This document shows, piece by piece, positions 34,208-58,225 of a DNA stretch of 64,000 bases (its first letter is position 1; every line of letters begins with the position of its first letter). Source of the DNA: Amoebidium appalachense (Eukaryota > Protista > Ichthyosporea); contig CAVNZM010000011.1 in NCBI GenBank assembly GCA_963693365.1, positions 6,653,921-6,717,920 of the forward strand, given 5' to 3'. Below the pieces are notes generated by a model that was not told the DNA's origin, ran no database searches, and saw only the letters and a list, made by a program, of their open reading frames with translations. Both the position numbers and the translations under genes were made by a program.

Positions 34208-34797
34208 AAAAAAAAAAAAAAGAAAGAGAGGGAAAAAAAAAAAAAAAAAAAAAAGGGGGGGGGGGGGGGGAGGAACATAAAAGAAAGGCACCCTCTGCAA
34301 CAGGTTGGATGTTGCTTAATTGGTGGTGATCGGCGTTTTTAATATATGTTTTTTATTCAAATACATGGATATCGGTATAGCATGTCCAAAAGCATCATAT
34401 GTGCGTGGATTATTGTTCATTAGAGGCATTATGATTGTACATTCTTATCGTTGTTGATATGTTCATAAAGTGATATCGTTATAGCATATCCGAAAACATT
34501 ATATCATGTAATTTCAAAAGTATTTTTTATTCGAGGTACCATGCTCTCATATAAGCCTAAGTGACATGTATACCTATCCGGCACGCTGTTATTAGCTCTG
34601 CCGAATGTTATGCCCGAGCATTTGACCTACGAGGTTTAACTGAAATCATAGCACACGTTCGATTCTCGGTATAATAACCCTAGAGTTTTTAGCCTTTTTA
34701 GCCGTTTTCTTGCCTGCCCTCTCTATCGCCTCAACCCTCTTCTCCCTTCCCCCTCCCCCCCCCCCCCTCCCCCCCTTCCCCCCCCCCCCCCTCCTCC

Positions 34798-34904
<107 letters not shown>

Positions 34905-35223
34905 CCCGACACACACACATCCATCCCCCCCCCTCTCCTCCCCCTCTCCCACAAGCATTCAAGCTTGCCACATCATCCTCTGGGTATCCATACAGAAGGG
35001 CCTGCATTTGGTACCTCCCCCCCCCACCCCTCACCTCCTCCTCCCTCCCTTCCCCCCCCCTCCCGCCCTTTGCACACACACACTGACGCACTGACCTGCA
35101 CAGGGACACACATGTGTTCGTGCACATACACAAACACAGAACACACACGCACACACACACAACGCTTGTGCGTGCACACAAACGTTCCTACTGAGCGCGC
35201 GTGCGCACGCACACAAACACACA

Positions 35224-35397
<174 letters not shown>

Positions 35398-35671
35398 ATC
35401 CCCCCTGCCACCCACCCGCACCCACCCACCCACCCACCCACCTACACACACATATACACACGTACAGGACATAGACCTTCTTCTCAATCACCCAGACTAT
35501 CGCTCTGGTCGCGCCACCAAAAAATCCCATAAACTGCAAGCAACCCTTCTCTCCACAATCACTGAAACAATGAAAGGGGATGGATTTCTGACGGATATTC
35601 TTGCTTCGGGCCCGACAAGGATGATGGTAATACCCTTCCCCCCCCCCCCCCCCCCCCCCCCCCCCCGCCCT

Positions 35672-35750
35672 CGAATGTTTGCCTTTACATGTGTCCTGCA
35701 CCGTGCTTCTCATCGTGTATGTGTACTTTGTACCGTGTTCCGCATTCAAC
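35672..35750 (+). mobile_element. 5'-truncated repeat A copy in a POLB intron
   Basis: gaatgtttgcctttacatgtgtcctgcaccg...gttccgcattcaacccc. Confidence 0.8.
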
Positions 35751-35882
35751 CCCTCCCCCCCCCCCCCCCCCCCCCTCCCCCCCCCCTCCCCCCCTCCTCC
35801 TCCACCTCCTCCACCACCATTACGCGAAACGCCCACAGGCACCCCCACAACTGTTCGTGCTACCACGCACACGCACACGCCA

Positions 35883-35961
<79 letters not shown>

Positions 35962-36091
35962 AAGGCCCACACACACGCACGCATGCACGCAGGCCCACAA
36001 ACACACCCACACAAACACACAAACACACACACACATCAACACCTACCTCCATCCCGCCCATACTGTACCCACACCTACTCCCTTTATTACC

Positions 36092-36128
<37 letters not shown>

Positions 36129-36193
36129 CTCCAACCCACTCCTTCAAAGCCCAGACATTTTATTGCTTTTCCGTTCCTCTGGGTCGTTGTGCC

Positions 36194-36246
<53 letters not shown>

Positions 36247-37976
36247 GAACGTTAACGTGTGAGCCGAATTCGAAAAAGAGGGGAAAGGACAAGTGAGGGA
36301 GAGCCCCCCCCCCCCCCCCCCCCCCCCCCCTCCCCCCCCCCCCCCCCGAACCTTAACGTCAATTTTGGTGAGCCGAATTCGAAAAAGAGGGGAAAGGACA
36401 AGTGAGGGAGAGATACCTGCCGACCAGTACCCATGTGCTCCCTTATACTTCACCGGCAGTGATTTCTTTAACAAGCAGATGAATGGGTTGACCCACGATA
36501 TGGGTTTACATCCTTAACGAATACTCCATAAGACCCCTAAAACCCTCTGGTATGTTTCCCAGCTTCCCATGCAGACTTTTCTAATCAATATGTAAGAACG
36601 AAAAAAAAAAGGACCTCTAGACAAGCCCAGGGGGTCTAGGGATCGAGCCATGTGCTTCTCAATGCTTGTCATTTCCCCGGGGCCCACCCAAAAAGGAAAA
36701 CAGCGTTGTGAACAAAAATTCAAAGGTATGGGCATTACAATAAATAATAATTAAACAGAACAAAGTAAAAATTTCGAACCCCTCTCAGTGTTCTTGTCCG
36801 ATGCTCTTCTGTCTCTTTCTCTCTCTCCTGGTTGCTGAACCCTCACCCCACCCCCTGCCCCCCCTGCCCCCAAGCGGCTTCTTTTCAATTGTGGAAATTT
36901 AGATTGCGGTTCAACTTTATATTAAATTTTAACTTTGCGCAGGCGAGCCTGGCAAGCCATTGCCTGTGAAGAGCGAGAAGGACGTGTTCGACATTCTTGG
37001 CATGCAGTACAAGGAGCCAAATGAGAGGGACCTCTAGCCAATGGGAATGGCCCAAAATCACGTGAACGATGGTGGGGGAACCCCTGTGGAGCATTTAAAG
37101 CCTTTTTGAGCGGCAACAGCCTTGACTAAGAACAACGCCGGATCAGCCCGTTCTTTTAAGATTCTTCGAATCTACTACACCCTACACTCAGTCTGCCAGC
37201 ATAATTATCCCCGTTTGGATTTTTTTTCCCCCTGGTGCACACAAGCAGTTTCCCCCCTGTTTACCTTCTCTCTGAAAGCTCGTCTTAGGCTTAAGAAGAA
37301 TGTTGCACTTGAGATATATAGCTTAACCATTTGGCTTGTGAGACCGCGCATGCCTTTCAAAGTTTTTTATATTATACTTGTCCGGATTCACCTTAGGCTA
37401 TATTCCTATTTTTTGTTTGTTTTTATGTTTCTGGCCAGAAAGTTATTAGCCAAGTTTGTTCACATGCAACACTTCCACAGTGATGCACGCATGCGCCCAC
37501 ACACGCACGAAAACCCCGACATGTGATTTTCCCTTCTTCAATTCGGCACGTGTACTGTACATGTAACATGTGATCTTACTTTGGTTCCCTATCTGTCTCT
37601 TCTCTAATTACCGAGGCTCACTGATCGCATACACTTGTTTTTTGTCAGCCTATCATGATAATCGTGTACAATGTCATATACATAATTTTAAAACTTTGGA
37701 TTCTTCATGAAAACAAAGTTCTTTAAATACGTGCGTATGCATAGTATTACGGTATCCACCATCATAATATATATATATACTTGATATGATATGTGATATG
37801 CCCGGCCGTTATGCATGGTCTGCAAATTGGTATAACTATGCGCAATTAAGCGAGCCAAGTTTTTCAACAGCATGTGCTGCAGGGCGTGAAGCATGCACAG
37901 CATGTCACGGTACATGTACGTGGTCACTTGACAACTTGGGTAATATTGGTGCCGAAACCCCCCCCCCCCCCCCCCC

Positions 37977-38095
37977 TGAGGATGGGCTCTGCTTATGACA
38001 CATACTGTGCGTATGGCTGATGTTGCATATTTGAATGTTTGCCTTTGCATGTGTCCTTCGTGTATGCGTACTTCGTACCGTGTTCCCGATCAAAC
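37977..38095 (+). mobile_element. repeat A copy, intergenic
   Basis: ctgaggatgggctctgcttatgacacatactgtgcg...cgtaccgtgttccc, flanked by C-runs. Confidence 0.8.
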
Positions 38096-38477
38096 CCCCC
38101 CCCCCACCACCACCACCAAAAGAGCCAAAAATCTTTATTCATTCATCATATATATATATTATATATATATATATAATGCGTTGTTTGCCGGACCTCAAAT
38201 CCGGAATTTGGAGGGGACCTAAGGCCATTTTGTGAGGCATCAAAAACCATCGAAACGTTGCTTAGTTGTTTTTATGACATATATATATATATATTATATT
38301 TTAATACCGCGTGGCACAAGGGCATCCGTTTGCACTTGATAAGAACCGCATCCCCGGACACACAAAGCACACTGTCATAATGATTCGCGCCCGACAACAC
38401 AAGCAGATTTTGCTACAGAATCGTGTGTGACACACGCATATAAGACACGGGCCCTAGCGCTGGGGCTCCTGGGCAGG

Positions 38478-38517
<40 letters not shown>

Positions 38518-39500
38518 CTTTTATGTACATTGTGAGTAACCATTTTCAGAGGTTCAAGACATATTTTGTTTATTTCTTCTTGCTTTCCTTCGTCGCTCCA
38601 GGGTCAGTGAAACACATACCCAGACACGACCATCCTATATACACTTGTTACGAGACATACAAATTGAAACAGGGGAATATGCACTGTTAATGCAACAAGC
38701 ACAGCCTGTGCAAAAACCAAGCGTACAGATTTGAACCTTCACGCACAACGACGCAATCCATGTGCGTGCATACAGAAGTGAAACCTTCCATTATGTAGTT
38801 GAAAGAAGACAAGCGCAAAAAACACAACCGGAAAATTATGAAAAAGCACACAGCCGCAGTGTGCACGTAATGTGGAAGGCATATAAGCATAAAAAAACAT
38901 GCTGCAATATCGCAGGGAAAAAGCTGTGCCGTTTTGCTCAGCAAGAATGCACCGCGCAGGCGTGGTGCAGGCAGGCAGGCAGCAGCGGAGCATGATATTT
39001 TTTTGCGTAAAAATCAGCGGGTGTCCAGCGAGCGCACACGGGGCCGATGCATCACGTGCATTGCTGTGGGCATTTCGTGCCTGCCATCATGCACACGCTG
39101 TGCAGCAGGGGAGAGAGAGGGTGGAGGGAGGAAGGGAGGGGCAGGGAAGATGGGCGTGAGACGCTGCGCGGTGAATGATTCATGGCTACAGACGCAATAC
39201 CATGCACATATACATGCCTAGACTGTTGTCCCCCCCCCCCCCCCCCCTCTTTTTTTTTGATCCTTCCATCCTCTTTGCCCTACCCGTTGACCGTCTCTTT
39301 ACTTCCCACACATCACAGACCAACCCCACTTCACTCCTGCGCACACACCATCGACACCCAATCCCTTCAAAATACTACCACCACCACCTACACACACCAC
39401 GCATCGACAACACATCAAAAAGGAAAACACAAAGCCATTGAAAAAAATGCAGGGGAAAGGGATAAAGGGAAGACGTCCTTACCTGCACCGCAGTTGCACC

Positions 39501-41798
39501 CTAATAGTACCCATACGTGCCGTACGCACCCTGCGCCGCCCCATACCCGGGCATCGCCGGCGCCCCCGCCCCATACACGCTCCCAGCCCCGGGAACCTGA
39601 GCCGCGGGCGCAGCCGCCGCCGGGGGATAACCGGACATGCCGGCCATAGCCCCAGTCCCAGCCATACCGGGCATTGTGGCACCAGGGGGCGCTGCTCCGG
39701 GATACACCGAGGGCGCGAAACCTCCCGCGGCTCCCATCCCCATCCCACCCATCCCCATTGCTCCCATGCCCATCGCACCCATTCCCATACCCATACCCAT
39801 GGCGCCCATCCCCATCCCCATTCCCCCCATACCCATCCCCATCGCCCCCATCCCTCCCATGGAACCCGGTTGGTTGTGCGTCTGGTTGGGGTTCGACGTC
39901 GCGCCCGAAGCTCTGAACCGCTTGATGATGCCCACCAACCACCCGCTCTTGTTCGTCACCTTCGTAAGGTCGCTCTCGCAGAACTTTGTGACAATGTCGA
40001 GCGCGGTGGGTTCAGAGAACTGAGCGAGGGACTGAACCACCTTTGCTTCGAGGTCTGTCTGTGCGAGGATTCCCGTCTGGTACAGGGGCATGAGGCGCAT
40101 CTGAACGCTGAAGGGGAGCTGGTTGAACGCCATGAGGTTGGCCTGTGCGTCCTGGGGGAGGTGTTGCTCCTGGAAGGGGGGAAATGGTTGTCAGAAACGA
40201 CAAGCAAGCAATTATACTATCAACACCACCTTTCACCGCAAATCACAATGCATCAACCCTATACCTCGCTCTCCCTCTAAACGTAGCTCTGTGTTCCTGC
40301 CCGCGCAAAAGTTTTCCATGGCAGCCCCCCTCCCCCCCCCCTTCAACACGCACTCGCCGAGAGAGAGAATACCCAACAACCCAACAACATGCACACAGCG
40401 AGAAAAAACGCTTAAAAAGCCCGCACCTAGGCACACACACGTACACACACATGCACACCTGGATGCGCTGGATAATCCTCAGGAAGAACCCGCTCTTGTT
40501 CCTGATGGCAGACAGGTCCGCCTCCGCCAGTTTCTGTACGCTCTCGTTTGCCACCGCCTCGCTGACGCTCTTCAGCTGGTCCCACACGTTGCTGCTGAAG
40601 TCAGACTCGGCCGCCTTGCCCGTGGCATAGAAACGCTGCAGCGCTGCCTAAGTAGGTGAGGGTAAGAATGTGTCACTCGAGATACAACAAAGCACATACA
40701 ACGGACAAGGGACAAGGGGGAGGGAGGGGGGGGGGGGTGCTTGGTCTTCACATGTGTGTATACCATGATGTTTTGTGAACGTGTGTGTTGAATTTACAAC
40801 TCGAATTGAAAGAAGCGAAATGCTTTGACGAGAGCTAAAAACGACATCAGCAACAGCGAGGAAAACAAGAAGGTACTCGATGCACATCCTCTGGATTCCT
40901 ATGCTGTTCACGGTTCATTGACCTCCTGGGGCAGGTTTTAAACCGACTACCTGTGTGTTCGCGTACGCTAATGTTGGTATGTTTGTGTGAGGAAGTACCT
41001 TCGTTGACTCCGCCAACTCCATGCGGCGTGGTCCAGACGCCTGCAAGAAAGCCATCGATGGAGCATTGGAGTGCGGCACTGCACCCATTCCCGGCTGCTG
41101 CATGGAGGATTGCCTGCCCGATCCTGCCATGTTCTCTGGCCGCCCTCTGTAGCGCTTAAGAATGCCGACAAGGAACGCAGTCTTGTTGCGGATGCCGTCC
41201 AGGTCGGCCTCGAGATACTTGTCGAAAATATCCGCCTGCACGTCTGAAGTGAAGTCGCGCATGGACTCGAGGACGTTCTTGTCAAGGTCACCGGGTCTCA
41301 CCTAAAGGCAAAAGGAGTCAGAAGCGGGGGGGGGGGGGGGGGGGGGGTTGGATGTGCCCGAAAGTATGAAGTACAAAAACAAAAGACAACACGAAGCAGA
41401 GTGCAAACCACAGGAGGAGAGCTGAGACAAGGAGAAACAACAAAGGACTAGTAAGACATCATCAATAGCCTATCGGGTACAAAGGGCATGTGGCACACAA
41501 GCAGCACGATCATCCTGAAAGAGGTGTGTATGCACACCATAAAGTCGAAACCACGCTACACCATCTATTCTCTTTCTTACGCAACACACACACACACACA
41601 CACACACACCTGCCCCTTGTCGTACATTGCCTGGACCTTTGCCCTGAGGACAGGTGTGAACCAGTCCGGAAGGCCATCCTCGCTATCGGCATGAACTTGA
41701 ACAGGAACCGGTTGGGACTCCCCATCAACCTTCACATTCTTGGTGACCTCGTTGTGGTCCTCCTCGTGGGGCCGCTTATGGGACTCGTCGGAAGACAT
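39501..41798 (-). CDS. protein with three hnRNP Q/R acidic (NURR)-like domains and a Gly/Met/Ala/Tyr-rich tail, 449 aa
   Basis: Exons 41798-41610, 41301-40999, 40647-40459, 40169-39501; all phase 0, GT-AG. Three repeats: DLDKNVLESMRDF..EADLDGIRNKTAFLVGILKRYR; EADLSAIRNKSGFFLRIIQR; ESDLTKVTNKSGWLVGIIKRFR. These match the SYNCRIP/hnRNP R N-terminal motif (DLD..A..AL..F..SDL..V.NKSAFLCG..K.YR). Confidence 0.85.
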
Positions 41799-42705
41799 TT
41801 TGCTGTAGAAAGGCAAAAAAAGGGGGTGAGAACGAGGGAGAAGGGGGACAGAAAGGTTCAGAAAGAACGGCTGTCTGCTCTAAAAAGGGCTTTCAGCGTA
41901 GATTTGCCATCCAAGAAAATGGGTATTAATATAAGTATTTGGTTCATACACCCAAGAGAACTTTACCAAAAGAAGAAATGAGACAACTGACAGAAGCGGA
42001 GATGAAGAATTTTTTACAATAACACACTATGCCAGGATGTGCAAGAAAAGAACAAGCGAAAGCCATAAAGATGAGAAACATGAAAAGGGAGATTATGGAG
42101 CGGTATAAAGTAGCACAACGTTCACAAAAAGTTAGGTTGTGCAAGGGAAAGAGAAAGAGAAGCATCCATGAACATGGAATGAACAAAAAAAAAAAAAGCT
42201 GATGTTCAAGCACTGACAACTTCACCCTTTTCCGCTTCAGCAAGCAGCCACGTCGTTCAATAGCGCTACCCTCCTACAGATGTATAAGAAACAAAACACA
42301 CATGAAACAGAAACAGCTCTAAGAAAAACTAAACGGGAAACACGACAATCAGGCTCGCTTACCTAAACAAGAAAGGAAAAGCCCACAAAACTTGGTAACA
42401 AAGTAAAAGTTGGTGGTGTAAGTTGTGATGACTCACCAGAAGGAAATTCGTTTTTGAAGGGGCGGCAAGGGCCAAAGGGGATCTTTGCCAGTGTAAACCA
42501 CGTGTCGGCGAAACAGTTAAAAACTTCCGGCGCTTAGTTGTACTAAAGCCAGCTTCAATTGGATGTGCTGATTTAACTCCGAACTTAAATGCTTTTAAAT
42601 TTTTTAGTTCATAAGTACGAATCACCATAGAGATATCTCTAGTTCCTGCCAAATCATGCCAAACTCCAATTTGCAGCAGGCGGCGTCGTGCTTTTGCATG
42701 CATAT

Positions 42706-42740
42706 CAAGGCCCCCCAGTAGGAGGCCTTGATGGGCCTTG
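42706..42740. mobile_element. 35-bp element with CAAGGCC TIRs and 8-bp TSD
   Basis: atgcatat|CAAGGCCCCCCAGTAGGAGGCCTTGATGGGCCTTG|atgcatat. Confidence 0.75.
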
Positions 42741-42880
42741 ATGCATATGCCAGCTCGAAGTGCTTTTGGGCCTTGCCAACTCTGACAATGTTATAAAAGC
42801 AACTAATCTACAGTCTTCCTATACGGTTTATTTGACGTAGTTATGTCAACCTGTCCCTGGCCCTGTACCTCAAAAGGGTA

Positions 42881-43117
42881 CAGATACCGTCCGCGAATAA
42901 GAATCCCCACCAATAAGTTTTCGCCCCCGGCAAAATCGGTTTTTTTTTAAGATTCTGCCCCCCGGCCAGTTTTCGGGATCATCTTATTGGTGGACGGATG
43001 AATAAATCATGGTCGATGGCCTCCCGTCATTAAGATTTTGACCCCGACCCCCCCAAAAAATTTAAGATTCGCCCCCCGGCCACATTTTCGGGGGTTCTTA
43101 TTCGCGGACGATATCTG
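42881..43117. mobile_element. 237-bp MITE, Tc1/mariner/pogo-like
   Basis: ta|CAGATACCGTCCGCGAATAAGAAT...TTCTTATTCGCGGACGATATCTG|ta: ~27-bp near-perfect TIRs, TA TSD, internal taagatt..cccccggcca repeats. Confidence 0.88.
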
Positions 43118-43353
43118 TAAATAGACGTCTTACTAACGAGCCCGGTGCCAGTACTAGTGTGCACGGCATGCCGGCGATGATCATGACCGGCACCGCCTCA
43201 TGCATGCCGTGTGTACATGCCCATCCCCAAGGCACAATGCATGCCCGGACGGTTGTCCACAGCAACCCACCAATAATGATAATCAGTTTACATTATTGGG
43301 CATACGAGCAGCATGAGCACTCCATGCACACACGCCCATAGACGTGTACATGG

Positions 43354-43394
43354 CAAGGCCTCCTAAATAGAGGTGTGCTATTTAGGAGGCCTTG
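43354..43394. mobile_element. 41-bp palindromic element with 17-bp TIRs and 8-bp TSD
   Basis: gtacatgg|CAAGGCCTCCTAAATAG aggtgtg CTATTTAGGAGGCCTTG|gtacatgg. Confidence 0.88.
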
Positions 43395-43692
43395 GTACAT
43401 GGCCATTCCTAAGTAGAGTATATTGGCCATGTGGCATGATCACGTGAGTCACCGGACATCTTGTCTGCCACATTTGTGTCTAAATCCCCGACCGGAAGGA
43501 CGATTTTATGATTGCAAGAAGAAGTTACAACACACCGATAAGAGCACGATGAAGTTCATGTGTGTGAAATTGTATACGCATGCACATGCACACGCGCGCA
43601 CCACATATTTTTTTCATGCGATATACCTACGTAATGGTATCTTATGAAGTGCATGCACCGAGCCCTGTTCTTTTTTGTTTCCTTTTTCAGGG

Positions 43693-43738
<46 letters not shown>

Positions 43739-44128
43739 GGGGGGGGGGGGGAGGGAGATACGTATACACGGGACTATCAAAGAGTCCGCATGGGCTGTTT
43801 TTATAGATATAACAGCATGGCACTTTTTAACAAAAGAATCAGCATTCAAACAATATGTACCTTCCTGCGAACTCAATAGTACTATTTCTTTCAGTAACAA
43901 GTAGAATCCAACCTGCATAATATTATGTACATGGATGGGGTTCCCAACTCCCCATACTTCGGCCCGTAAGCGACGACAAACATACACCTCATTCGTAAAT
44001 CACTATTCTCAAACCTACTTATATCCAAATCGTCAACCTCATACCTCATACGAAACATGGAATTTTAAAGGCCTCCTTCTATTGGTTACATGCAATTTTT
44101 CTTTGACCATTGGTTTCTTGGGCTTTTT

Positions 44129-54247
<10,119 letters not shown>

Positions 54248-56034
54248 GTTGGAATATTATAAGTGCTCTGCTTGAGTGGAGCTCATGCAGAATAAAAAGG
54301 CAGTATATATAGCTCACGTAAGCAACAGTTAACAGACGAGAGGGAAGCAGAGTATGACGCAGAGCTGCTAGCGCTACGTGTTTCAACAAACGTCAGTAAT
54401 TGAGTAACGTGTAACGTAGTACACCAACGTTTCTCAAGGGGCCTGGCCTCCGGATTCATGCTTTGAACAACCGTTTATTTAGTACTCGATTGGTTCGCTC
54501 CTAGTTCGTGTTTCAACAGACATAAAATATAACCTCCATATCTCCGCTTTCCCAAAATCTCTGCCTTTCTCTCTGGTGTTTACTCTCCGTTTTCCTCTCT
54601 CTCTCGGGCCCCCCCGGCCCCGCCTTTCCTCTCCCTCTCCCTCGCTCCGGCTCACTCGGAGTCTCTCCATTGCTCCAAAATTTACCCCCCTCCAACCTGG
54701 CAGCACAAAATTAATGAATGGACCCAAAGAGACCAATTGCATCGCTTGATGTGAGTCTGTTTATTATATAATCCAATTAGATGCTTTAAAAGACCAAACC
54801 GGATCAACACTAAATGACCGGATCTAGCCGTTTTGATATTGCGGTATGATTGGCTTATACTGCACCGGCAAATTCTCGGATTCAAGTGTAAAGTTAAACA
54901 GGACAAAGCAGCTTTAAAAGTCCTTTAAAGTTTTTTTTTTGACTTTGCGAACTTTAAACATTTTAAATGTCGTGGCATTTAGTACTGAATTGGTGGTTAC
55001 ATCAAGGCTGGCCTCAACGGTCTGACCCTGTCTCATCAAGCTGTGCCACGTTCAGTCTGTCACAGAAACATAGATTCCCCCCCCCTTTTTTCCCCACGTA
55101 ACAAGGGAAGTAAAAACGTAGAAAAACACAGAAAGAATAGTGGGGGCTGTTTTATCTAACCGATGGTAAAGCATGCACTACAGATATTGATGAGGTTATT
55201 AATAACATCAGCCATCTAGATCAGAATCTATTGTAGGTCTTGGTTTGCATCTGAAGTCATGGCCATGTGATGTGCCATATAAACGAATCTGCAACCTGAA
55301 AACCTCAAAGAAATAGCCCAAATGTTAACATCTAACTAGCACTCTTACTCTCATTATTAATAGATAACAGCAGGACCACATCATCAGTCTTGTTTCTTTT
55401 AGTGTGCTTACGGTTCGCACTCGAACCAAAGGGTGATCCTATTCGACCGTACGCGTAGCTCAAGTGATACTCCAACAGGCCTCTAATTGCTGATCTCTCT
55501 AACATTTCATAAAAAGGTAAGCCTGCTATATGTATACATAAATCTACATATAAAAAGGTTGTTAAGTATGTGTTGGTTTGACTGGGCGGATTATAAATAC
55601 ATTGCCGCATTGTCATCGTGGCTTGTCCGCTCATGCACACATGTACAGACATACCGTTTTGTGAATGCAGACAGACAGAGCCCGACCCTGCACCAGAAGG
55701 TCGTGAAACATGCACACAACGTAAGGGCACACAAAAATATATCTGGGCTAACATTATACACACCGTGGAATGCACACACACGCAAACGTCGTGAAACGCG
55801 CACGCACACTAACACACTGTACACATACCACACACCATCTTTCAAATTGTGACGAGTGCACAGGTAGTATATCATAATGTGCATGCCGTGTGACTCCCCC
55901 CACCCGTACCAGTCCACCAGCGTGATGAACAAACATTTTTGCACACGCACATACACATACACACACACGCACACACACACACACACGTGCACACACGCAC
56001 ACATGTGTAAACACTTTTCACTCACACACTCACA

Positions 56035-56102
<68 letters not shown>

Positions 56103-56310
56103 CACACACACACACACACACCGTGGAAGCGAAAACACTCGAGCACGCCCACAGGCCCTACACATGGCATACACGCTTCGATTTCCTCCTGCTGCATTCA
56201 CTGCGCATACGTGCACACATGCATTCTGACGTCGAGGATACGTCGCACACACACGGTTTGCAAGTCCTGCTGCACACAGACACGCATGCATGTGCACCCG
56301 CACGCGCGCG

Positions 56311-56358
<48 letters not shown>

Positions 56359-56827
56359 GTCAAACACAAAAACACACACATATACATAGCCGTGTACGTT
56401 AGCCTGGCACAGACCCATACACTCACAGCCATAACCATGAACACGTCCACACACACACACCCACACCCACCCACACACACACACACAAACACCTTGGCTT
56501 CACACACCCGGAACATAGAGACCTATCATACCTACACTTACATGTTTTCGCGCTGGTGACCCAAATGCACACACACGTGGATATACCAAGCACATACGTG
56601 GCACACACATGCAATATCAATCCATTAACTTTTCAAGCAACTCCAGCCCACTCAGCGGTGTTTGTCGGAACACAATTTTGCAGTGTATCATTGTTGTGCA
56701 AGATATATGTACATAACGGAACACTGCTTTTCCAATACTAGTATGACGTATACAGGAACGGGTACTCACAAGCAGCAAGCGAACAAAGGCGCATGAACAG
56801 TCATAAACCACACGCTAGCATCATGCA

Positions 56828-56862
<35 letters not shown>

Positions 56863-56909
56863 ACACGTTCATACACACACACACGTACACGTACACACAC
56901 ACGCACGCA

Positions 56910-56969
<60 letters not shown>

Positions 56970-57045
56970 TACACGTACACACACACACAAACGTACACGT
57001 ACACACACGCACACACATACACACACACACACACGCGCGCGCGCG

Positions 57046-57088
<43 letters not shown>

Positions 57089-57195
57089 GTACACGTACAC
57101 GTACACACACACACACACACGTACACATACACACACACACACGCACACACATACACACACACACATACACACACACACAGACACACACACACGCA

Positions 57196-57230
<35 letters not shown>

Positions 57231-58225
57231 GCGCGCGCACACACGAACACACACACGAACGCGCGCACACACACACGTGCACGTGCACGAGTGTGTGCAT
57301 GTGTATGTGCACGTGTACATGCAGGCACGCATGAACACACACATGTTCAATCATCCTGTCACGTGGTCCATTGGACGAACACCACACCACACACGAGCGC
57401 GAGACGAAATCCACCGATCTGCACACACATACAATATCTTATGTGTATGCATACTGCATATGTATTTGTGAGGTAGTGTCTTTGAATTTAGGGACAGCGG
57501 GTCGCATGTTTCAGCAATTTAAGCACATAGATGTGGGCTAAAGTTTTCAAACATATAGAACAAACTTACAGTGCTTCCACCGTATTTCTGAACCAACCGG
57601 TGCAAGGCAGGTCTTTGAGATGCAATGGGTTGGCGACTTGACTTCTACAGTCAGTTTCTGAGCAAAGCAAACAATTCGTATATAAATTTCCCTTGGCGGA
57701 CCAATCACATGGCTGAATAAAGCCGGTTGGTTCAGAAAGCCGGTGGAAGCTCCCTAAGACCTTAAAAACATGTAAAAAACAATCATAGAAAACACTGCTC
57801 GTGCACAGAACGTGCACCTGCACAAGTACACTCGGGGTCAAAAGTTTTTTGTATCACGCTATAGAAAGTTTATGTTACTGTGTTTAATATCATGCGTCAT
57901 TTATGTTGTTGTTATATTAATACTATTTCCGGATACTATCAGCCAGCTCTGCAGCTCTGACTACTTGGGTGGCATGATAACACAGATAGGATCACCCTGT
58001 GTACATCCGCATTAATAAAACACTGACATTCATTTTTCTCACAGGGGGCAAAAAAAAACATTTCAGGTGCTCCCGGCAGCACCTTCAAATTTTGCTGAAT
58101 ATTGTGTGACCAACCCCCCCCACACACACACACGGAATTTCCACATACATTTCCGGCAACACGGTAAAAAACACCCTCACCCGTGAGAAATACACACAAG
58201 GAAATTTCGAATTTCGGCGCTGGGC

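Noticed and set aside
39438-40280. + strand ORFs of 128-280 aa overlapping the NURR gene
   Set aside because: Antisense shadows of a GC-rich coding exon.
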